A DNA stretch of 64,000 bases from assembly GCA_946614035.1 (NCBI GenBank), contig CAMOGJ010000001.1, forward strand, positions 59,023 through 123,022. Direction: 5' to 3'. Under the pieces are notes generated by a model, which was not told the DNA's origin, did not search any database, and worked only from the letters and a program-made list of their open reading frames with translations. Source of the stretch: an uncultured Clostridia bacterium (GTDB taxonomy: Bacteria; Bacillota; Clostridia; Christensenellales; CAG-138). The position numbers were made by a program, and so were the translations under genes. Every line of letters starts with the position of its first letter. Position 1 is the stretch's first letter. Positions 57,881-64,000 of the stretch are shown one piece after another.

Positions 57881-59722
57881 ATGGCAAAGAAAGGATGGAA
57901 ACGTCCGCCGATGACAAAGGCGCGGTTCAAGAACCAGTTCTTGAGCGTGATCGGCAATCCGTTCAACATGATCGTGCTTTTTACGCTGATCCTGCTGTTC
58001 ATTACGATTGTCATTCCGCTCCTGTCCATGGTGCAGAACACGTTTGTCGTCGCAAAATCGGAGCTGAGAAACATTCCCGGCTCGAAGGTGGGCGATTATA
58101 CACTCTGGTACTGGAAGTATCTTCTGGCGAGCCCGCTGACCAAGACGATCCTGTGGGTCCCGCTTCGCAACTCCCTGATCATCGGCGCATTCGTTACCGT
58201 CATCTCCGTCCCGCTCGGCGCGTTGATGGCGTGGCTGATGGTGCGCACCGACATCCCCTGCAAGGGGCTTCTGTCCGCGCTCATCCTGATTCCGTACATG
58301 ATCCCGTCCTGGTGCAAAGCACTTTCGTGGATGACGATCTTCCGCAACCCCAGCATGGGCGGCAACGGCGTGTTATCCAGTTTAGGCATACCGGTGCCGG
58401 ATGCGCTGGCGTCCGGCTTTGCCCCGATCATCATCGTCATGACGATGCACTACTATGCGTTCTCATACATCATGGCGAGCGGCGCGCTGCGCTCGATCAA
58501 CTCCGAGCTTGAGGAGATGGGCGAGATTCAGGGCGCAAGCAAGGCACAGATTCTAAAGAGCATCACGCTGCCGCTGATCCTGCCTTCGATCCTCTCGGCG
58601 ACGATCATGACGATCAGTAAGTCGATCGGCACCTACGGCGTGGCGGCGCGTCTTGGCGGCAACAACGCGGACGGCACCCCGTTCTATGTGCTTGCAACGC
58701 GCATGAAGGACTTCATCAACAACAGTCCGAAGGGCGTCGGCTATGCGATGTCCATCCTCATGATCCTGCTCGCGGCGGGCACGATCATCGTCAACCAGCG
58801 CCTGATCGGCACGCGCAAATCGTACGCGACGATCGGCGGCAAGGGCACGCGCTCGAACCTCATCCCGCTGCGCGGCGCAAAGTGGCCGATGCTGATCATC
58901 ATCACGATCTTTTTGATCGCGGCAATGGTCATGCCGGTGTTCTTCCTCGTGATGGAATCGTTCCAGGTCGTGCCGGGCGGCGGCTACGGCGCGGATAACC
59001 TTACGCTGTATGCGTGGATCGGCGAGCTGCAGAGCGCTCCGAACCCGGCCTTTAACCAGAACGGCCTGTTCCGCAATTCCGAGTTCACCAGAGCGCTGCT
59101 GAACACCGTCAAGCTCTCCCTGATCGCATCGCTCGTCACCGCAACGTTCGGTCAGTTCTTCGGCTATATCACGACCCGCGGCCGCGGCAAGTGGTACGGC
59201 AACATGGTCGAGCAGCTGATCTTTATCCCGTACCTGATGCCGGGCGTCGCATTCTCCGCAATCTACTTCGCAATGTTCTCGCAGCCGCGTCTCGGCGGAC
59301 TCATTCCTTCGCTGTACGGCACGTTCGCGCTGATCCTCATCGTCTCGATCGTCAAGCACTTCCCGTTCGCCAGCCGTTCCGGCTCCTCGAACATGATGCA
59401 GATCTCGGTTGAGCTGGAGGAAGCGGCGACGATCAACGGCGCCGGATTCTGGCGCAGGATCGGAAGCATCGTCATTCCGCTGGCAAAGAACGGCTTCCTC
59501 TCTGGCTTCCTGCTCTCCTTCATCAGCATCGCAAAAGAGCTCGACCTGATCGCCATTCTGATGACGCCGAAAAACTACACGCTGTCCTTCCTCGCATTCG
59601 ACTATTCGAAGGAAGCGATGCCGCAGGTGGCGGACGCGATCTGTATCGTCATCATCGCGTTCATTCTGATCACGAACCGCATTGCGGATAAGCTCGGCGG
59701 CAACGTCAGCAAGAGCATGTAA
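57881..59722 (+). CDS. ABC transporter permease, fused double (12-TM) CysTW/FbpB-type
   Basis: 613 aa behind GGAGG. Two tandem permease modules, each with an EAA-like loop (...LEEMGEIQGASKAQILKSITLPL... and ...LEEAATINGAGFWRRIGSIVIPL...). Confidence 0.85.
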   Translation: MAKKGWKRPPMTKARFKNQFLSVIGNPFNMIVLFTLILLFITIVIPLLSMVQNTFVVAKSELRNIPGSKVGDYTLWYWKYLLASPLTKTILWVPLRNSLIIGAFVTVISVPLGALMAWLMVRTDIPCKGLLSALILIPYMIPSWCKALSWMTIFRNPSMGGNGVLSSLGIPVPDALASGFAPIIIVMTMHYYAFSYIMASGALRSINSELEEMGEIQGASKAQILKSITLPLILPSILSATIMTISKSIGTYGVAARLGGNNADGTPFYVLATRMKDFINNSPKGVGYAMSILMILLAAGTIIVNQRLIGTRKSYATIGGKGTRSNLIPLRGAKWPMLIIITIFLIAAMVMPVFFLVMESFQVVPGGGYGADNLTLYAWIGELQSAPNPAFNQNGLFRNSEFTRALLNTVKLSLIASLVTATFGQFFGYITTRGRGKWYGNMVEQLIFIPYLMPGVAFSAIYFAMFSQPRLGGLIPSLYGTFALILIVSIVKHFPFASRSGSSNMMQISVELEEAATINGAGFWRRIGSIVIPLAKNGFLSGFLLSFISIAKELDLIAILMTPKNYTLSFLAFDYSKEAMPQVADAICIVIIAFILITNRIADKLGGNVSKSM

Positions 59723-59755
59723 CCCTCATCGACCGATTGAAGAAAGGATAAAATC

Positions 59756-60913
59756 ATGAGCAAGATCGTATTAAGTCACATCGATAAATTCTACGGCGAG
59801 AACCACGTTCTGCGCGACATCAATCTGACGATCGAGGACGGCGATTTCATGACGCTTTTGGGACCGTCCGGCTGCGGCAAAACCACCACGCTGCGCGTTG
59901 TCTCCGGTCTCGAAAAGCCGCAGCACGGCACGATGACGATCGACGATCGCACGATCATCGACGCCGCGGAGGCCTTCTATGAGTCGCCCAGCAAGCGCGG
60001 ACTGAACCTCGTGTTCCAGAGCTACGCGCTGTGGCCCCACATGACGGTGTTCCAGAATGTCGCGTTCGGTCTGAAGATCAAGAAAATGAAGAAGAGCGAG
60101 ATCGAAGAGACGGTCATGCGCGCGCTGAAGACCATGCGCATCGAGGAGTACCGCGACCGGTATCCGAACGAGCTGTCCGGCGGTCAGCAGCAGCGCGTCG
60201 CGATCGCCCGCGCGATCGCATCGAGCCCGAAGCTGCTCCTGCTCGACGAGCCGCTTTCGAACCTCGACGCAAGACTGCGCATCGACATGCGCGCGGAGCT
60301 CAAGCGCCTGCACAAGGATACCGGCACGACGATCATCTACGTCACGCACGATCAGGTCGAAGCGCTGACGATGTCCACGAAGATCGCGCTGTTCAAGGAA
60401 GGCGAGATCTCCCAGATCGACACGCCTCTGGGTCTCTACACGAACCCGATCGACCTGCAGGCGGCCGACTTCATCGGCAATCCGCGCATCAACTTCATCG
60501 ACGCGAAGGCGGTCTACAACGGCGACACGCTTTCGGTCACGAGCGAGTTCGGCACCTATGTGTACCCGCATGAGACCCTGAAGCTCGACGAGCAGATCCC
60601 CGAGGGCACCGAGTTCGACTGCGTGCTCGGTCTGCGCCCCGAAATGGTCGATATCTATACCGAGGATCCGCATCACAAGAACACGGTCGCCGCGAAGGTC
60701 TACGCAAACCAGCCCGCGGGCAGCGAAACGCTCGTCACGCTGACGGTCGGCGACATCGAGTTCCTTGCGATTCAGGTCGGTTTGGTAGAATATGATATGA
60801 ATCAAGATGTATTTGTTGTCTTGCATCCGGGCCGCATGAACGTGTATAATAAGGAGACGGGACGGCTCATCAAGTTTGCAAAGACGAAGCATAAGGCAGG
60901 CATCGACGACTGA
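59756..60913 (+). CDS. ABC transporter ATP-binding protein (PotA/FbpC/MalK-type with C-terminal TOBE-like domain)
   Basis: 385 aa. Walker A GPSGCGKTT, signature LSGGQQQRVA, Walker B LLLLDEPLS, H-loop YVTHD. Confidence 0.9.
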   Translation: MSKIVLSHIDKFYGENHVLRDINLTIEDGDFMTLLGPSGCGKTTTLRVVSGLEKPQHGTMTIDDRTIIDAAEAFYESPSKRGLNLVFQSYALWPHMTVFQNVAFGLKIKKMKKSEIEETVMRALKTMRIEEYRDRYPNELSGGQQQRVAIARAIASSPKLLLLDEPLSNLDARLRIDMRAELKRLHKDTGTTIIYVTHDQVEALTMSTKIALFKEGEISQIDTPLGLYTNPIDLQAADFIGNPRINFIDAKAVYNGDTLSVTSEFGTYVYPHETLKLDEQIPEGTEFDCVLGLRPEMVDIYTEDPHHKNTVAAKVYANQPAGSETLVTLTVGDIEFLAIQVGLVEYDMNQDVFVVLHPGRMNVYNKETGRLIKFAKTKHKAGIDD

Positions 60914-60947
60914 GCACCCGAATATCGATTCAGAAAGGAACCTCAAC

Positions 60948-62249
60948 ATGAAAAAGATACTTGCAATCCTTCTTGCGTTGACGATGGTCGTGTCGCTTGC
61001 GGCATGTACGGGCAGCGAAACGCAGGAACTGCCGAGCGACGACGGCGCGCCCAAGACGGGCGTTGACGCAATCAACGTGATCGGCGAGGACGGCATCGAC
61101 TGGAATCACCTCTCGATGGACGAACTGTATGAAATGGCAAAGGCCGAAGGCGGCACGGTCACGATCTACGCGACGACCGCGGACGCCGATACGGCAAGAA
61201 AGTACATCCGCGACAAGTATCCGGATCTCAGCTTCGAGTACATCTCCTGCGACACCAACACGGTCATGAAGAAGATCGAGATGGAAGCGGAGAGCGGAAA
61301 CCCGATGGCGGACGTGCTGATGGTCAAGGACGCTTCCGGCGAAATCTACAATGAGCTCGTGCTCTGGGATCTCGTCAAGGTCTTCTATCCGGCGGATGTG
61401 TGCGAACACATCAAGGACGATATGCTGGCGTACGGTCTGCCGCTGTACTCCACGTTCAACCCGTGGTTCTACAACACGCGCATGTACGATTCCGTTCCGA
61501 TCAAGAGCTGGTGGGACATCGTCGAGGGCTATAACGTCGACACCCAGGCATTCAAGGATGCGAACGGCAACAACACGCAGTTCTGGACGATCTATTCGAA
61601 GGACATCACCGCCCCGTCGTATGCGGCGCTCTGGGCGCAGCTGATCGTGGACGGCGACAAGCTGGAAGCGCAGTATGAAAAGCAGTACGGCGAAAAGCTC
61701 GTCTACACCTATCAGGATCATCTGCAGAACACCCCGGGCGTCATGGAGCTTCCGGAGAACAACGCGGGCGTTGAACTGTTCTGGCGCTTCTCGCAGATGA
61801 CGATTGTTCCGCTGGCGGACGGCGACGCGGTCGTCGAAGCGGTCAACGATTCGGTCAACGGACCAACGCTCGGTCTGTGCTCGGCATCCAAGCTCGACAA
61901 CTCCAAGATATCGATGGGCGAGAGCGGCATGGACATCGCATGGGTCACGGGTCTGGAACCGTATACCGCGCAGGATGCGGCGGCGTACTCCTACGTGGTT
62001 TCCGGCTGCGACAATCCGGCTGGCGCGCGCCTGTTCATCCGCTTCATGATGGGCGATACCGACGGCACGAGCGGCTGTTATCAGGTGTTCGACAAGCTCG
62101 GCCACTGGTCCGTGCGCGACGACGTCGAATACAAGAAGTCCGGTATCACGTATGAGGACGTCAACCTCGTTTCGCCGAACTACGCGCAGATCTACGCGAA
62201 CTACCCGAACGTCAAGGCATACTGGAGTCTCTGGAACAGCACAAGATAA
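60948..62249 (+). CDS. ABC transporter substrate-binding lipoprotein
   Basis: Track ORF trimmed to ATG 60948. MKKILAILLALTMVVSLAAC is a signal peptide plus lipobox. About 410 aa mature periplasmic-binding-protein-like body. Substrate not inferable. Confidence 0.75.
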   Translation: MKKILAILLALTMVVSLAACTGSETQELPSDDGAPKTGVDAINVIGEDGIDWNHLSMDELYEMAKAEGGTVTIYATTADADTARKYIRDKYPDLSFEYISCDTNTVMKKIEMEAESGNPMADVLMVKDASGEIYNELVLWDLVKVFYPADVCEHIKDDMLAYGLPLYSTFNPWFYNTRMYDSVPIKSWWDIVEGYNVDTQAFKDANGNNTQFWTIYSKDITAPSYAALWAQLIVDGDKLEAQYEKQYGEKLVYTYQDHLQNTPGVMELPENNAGVELFWRFSQMTIVPLADGDAVVEAVNDSVNGPTLGLCSASKLDNSKISMGESGMDIAWVTGLEPYTAQDAAAYSYVVSGCDNPAGARLFIRFMMGDTDGTSGCYQVFDKLGHWSVRDDVEYKKSGITYEDVNLVSPNYAQIYANYPNVKAYWSLWNSTR

Positions 62250-62261
62250 TTCGAAGATTCA

Positions 62262-62293
62262 TGCATTCCGCGGGAGCGATCCTGCGGAATGCA
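62262..62293 (+). terminator. Strong hairpin after the binding-protein gene (terminator-like, no clear T-run)
   Basis: TGCATTCCGCgggagcgatcctGCGGAATGCA: perfect 10-bp stem starting 13 nt after the stop. Confidence 0.4.
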
Positions 62294-62303
62294 CCTCACA
62301 CTT

Positions 62304-62846
62304 ATGGCAAAGGAACGCTCAAAACTGCAAAGACGAATCGACGCCTTTACGCGCGTGCTGTTTCTGGATGAAAACGGCAAGCCGAAAAGTGCGACGTTTC
62401 TGTATTCGTTTCTGCTGGCGATCCTCTTCGGCGTCATCTATGCCGCTTCGTATCTGCTGCTGCTCGACGTGCTGAACAACGCGTTCGGCGCGCTGCCGGT
62501 CTTTTGGCAGAACGTGCTGCAGTTTCTGATTCCGGCGATCGTGGGTTCGATCCCGTGCGTGCTGTCATTTTTCCTGTTCCGGGACGAGAATAAGCGGCTC
62601 GTGCCGGATGCATACCTGTGGCTGCTCGCCCTGCTCGTGCTGTTCATGCTTGCGGCGCTGCTGCTGATCGACTGGTCGGATGCGGCGACCGAGTACGGTC
62701 TCTTCTGGATGCTGCTCGGACTGCCGATGCTCGTCAGCGCGCTTGTCGGCGGCATACCGGCGTTTCTTCTGTACCGCGGTGAGCTGAAAAAACGCAAGGC
62801 GGCGCAGGAGCAGGCGAAAAAGAGACCTTCCTATTATAACACCTGA
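62304..62846 (+). CDS. Membrane protein, function unknown (4 predicted TM helices)
   Basis: Start moved to ATG 62304 (MAKERSK) because ATG 62289 lies inside the upstream hairpin. Lys/Glu-rich C-terminal tail. Confidence 0.5.
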   Translation: MAKERSKLQRRIDAFTRVLFLDENGKPKSATFLYSFLLAILFGVIYAASYLLLLDVLNNAFGALPVFWQNVLQFLIPAIVGSIPCVLSFFLFRDENKRLVPDAYLWLLALLVLFMLAALLLIDWSDAATEYGLFWMLLGLPMLVSALVGGIPAFLLYRGELKKRKAAQEQAKKRPSYYNT

Positions 62847-62849
62847 GAC

Positions 62850-63803
62850 ATGCTGGAACTGTTCTTTTGCAACGTCGGCGACGGCGACGCGATCCTTCTG
62901 CGCGAGCATCGCGAGAACGAACCCGATTATACCGTTCTGGTGGATGCGGGAAGACCCTTTGTGGAGCCGCAGAACGGCTCTTTGCGCAAGGAAGCGATCT
63001 ATTTTCTGAAAGCGGCGGGCGTGGAACGCATCGACCGCATGTATCTGAGTCATCTGCACATCGACCACATCGGCGGCGCGATGCGCATCCTCAACGAGAT
63101 TTCCGTCGGGCGGATCGAAGCGCTGTGCTTCCCGCCGGACGGCGCAAAGTGGCTGATGCCGTCGTTTACCTCGACCGATAAGCCGACCAACGGTCTGCTG
63201 CACATGCTGAACATTTTCCGCGATCTGTGCAGGATGGCGGCGGCAAAGGGAACGGCGCTCGTGCCGGTCAGAGAAGGAGCCGAACGGCTGACGGACCGGC
63301 TGACGGTTGAACCGATTCTGCCCAAGGCAACGGTGATCGAACGGCAAAAGCGCGTGTTCGACGCCCTGTACCGCGGCGAACCGGTCGATGAGGCCGAGTG
63401 GTTCCGCGCTTCCAAGGAGCGCAATGTTTCGAGCGTCATGCTGCGATTCACCTATGCGGGGCGCAGCATCCTGCTGAGCGGCGACCGGTACGCCTCGGAT
63501 TTCGAGGATCTGCCGATCGAACCGTGCGACATCTGGAAGCTTCCGCATCACGGCGATCCCAAGTCCGTGACCGAACCGCTTCTTGAAAAGCTTTCCCCGC
63601 GTATCGCTGTGATCTCGTGTCAAAGCGATGCGACGGCGAAGAAGGACCGACCGAACGCGGGCGTGATCGCGCTGCTGCAGTCGAGCGCGGAATTCGTGCT
63701 TTGCACGGAAAACAAACCGCTGCCCACGATGCGCGCGTCCACGCACAACGGCGTTCTCGTCACGATCGACGAACAGGGGCAGATCACCTGCTCCGTCGTG
63801 TAA
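62850..63803 (+). CDS. MBL-fold metallo-hydrolase, ComEC C-terminal-domain type
   Basis: 317 aa. LFFCNVGDGDAILL, HLHIDHIGG (HxHxDH) and LPHHGDPKS follow the ComEC/Rec2-type beta-lactamase-fold pattern. Starts 3 nt after the upstream stop. Confidence 0.75.
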   Translation: MLELFFCNVGDGDAILLREHRENEPDYTVLVDAGRPFVEPQNGSLRKEAIYFLKAAGVERIDRMYLSHLHIDHIGGAMRILNEISVGRIEALCFPPDGAKWLMPSFTSTDKPTNGLLHMLNIFRDLCRMAAAKGTALVPVREGAERLTDRLTVEPILPKATVIERQKRVFDALYRGEPVDEAEWFRASKERNVSSVMLRFTYAGRSILLSGDRYASDFEDLPIEPCDIWKLPHHGDPKSVTEPLLEKLSPRIAVISCQSDATAKKDRPNAGVIALLQSSAEFVLCTENKPLPTMRASTHNGVLVTIDEQGQITCSVV

Positions 63804-63865
63804 GCGCAAAACCGCACCTATGGCGGATTGCATACAAACCAAGACCAAAAAACAGGAGGAATAGT

Positions 63866-64000
63866 ATGAAAAAGCTACTTTCTATCGCGCTTGCTGCGTT
63901 GATGCTGCTTGCGATCTTCGCATGCACGCCGACCGCGCCGGCACAGCCCGACCCGACCGAAGCGCCTGCAGTCGAACAGCCGACCGAAGCGCCTGCAACC
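63866..64000 (+). CDS. Secreted lipoprotein (N-terminal fragment, continues beyond the window)
   Basis: ATG 63866 behind AGGAGGA. MKKLLSIALAALMLLAIFAC is a signal peptide plus lipobox, followed by PTEAPA repeats. Confidence 0.65.
   Translation, partial: MKKLLSIALAALMLLAIFACTPTAPAQPDPTEAPAVEQPTEAPAT

Overview
GC-rich 64-kb chromosomal segment whose gene content and synteny look like the core genome of a spore-forming Clostridia-class Firmicute. The supporting blocks are mrnC-rlmB-sigH, pth-mfd, a spoVD/spoVE-type dcw cluster and rpsF-ssb-rpsR. I call 59 protein-coding genes (two truncated by the window edges). One of them is a 56-aa 2x[4Fe-4S] ferredoxin that is absent from the ORF track. I see no rRNA, tRNA, CRISPR array, transposase, integrase or prophage.

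Gene blocks, left to right:
- lipoprotein, proC, msrA, two YcxB-like genes and pepT (minus strand)
- argS-serS
- mrnC-rlmB-sigH (minus strand)
- pth-mfd, then a secreted lipoprotein
- icd and aconitase (minus strand), divergent from citC-citXG-LysR
- a GyrB/GyrA-like type IIA topoisomerase pair (minus strand)
- rsmH-ftsL-PBP-murE-mraY-murD-ftsW-murA-ftsQ
- flotillin
- XRE regulator plus membrane protein, ferredoxin, orphan ParB-like gene, holA
- rpsF-ssb-rpsR
- an MgtC-family gene
- a 10-gene Mrp-type cation/proton antiporter operon
- an EEP phosphoesterase
- HAD hydrolase plus ABC transporter (permease, ATPase, binding protein)
- membrane protein plus ComEC-type MBL hydrolase

I did not find a recognisable defence island or mobile element. 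Everything here looks like housekeeping or accessory metabolism. The signals most worth follow-up are:
1. An exactly duplicated promoter-operator module, TTGACA-N17-TAAGAT-N12-AGCGCAAACGTTTGCGCT. It sits in front of the mgtC-family gene and again 10.5 kb away in front of the HAD/ABC-transporter operon. This implies an undescribed LacI-type regulon whose regulator is outside the window.
2. A non-canonical Mrp operon in the order E-F-G-B'-B-C-D-D-D-A. It has four antiporter-like subunits, and the final subunit carries an internal duplication in its C-terminal extension.
3. citC and a citX-citG fusion without citDEF, co-transcribed with a LysR regulator. They are separated from aconitase-icd by a perfect 21-bp palindrome containing a T-N11-A motif.
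4. A densely structured 280-nt intergenic region with four iteron-like direct repeats.
5. An RlmB with a 124-aa repeat-built N-terminal extension.

All functional calls come from reading the translated sequences for family motifs. No database search was possible.
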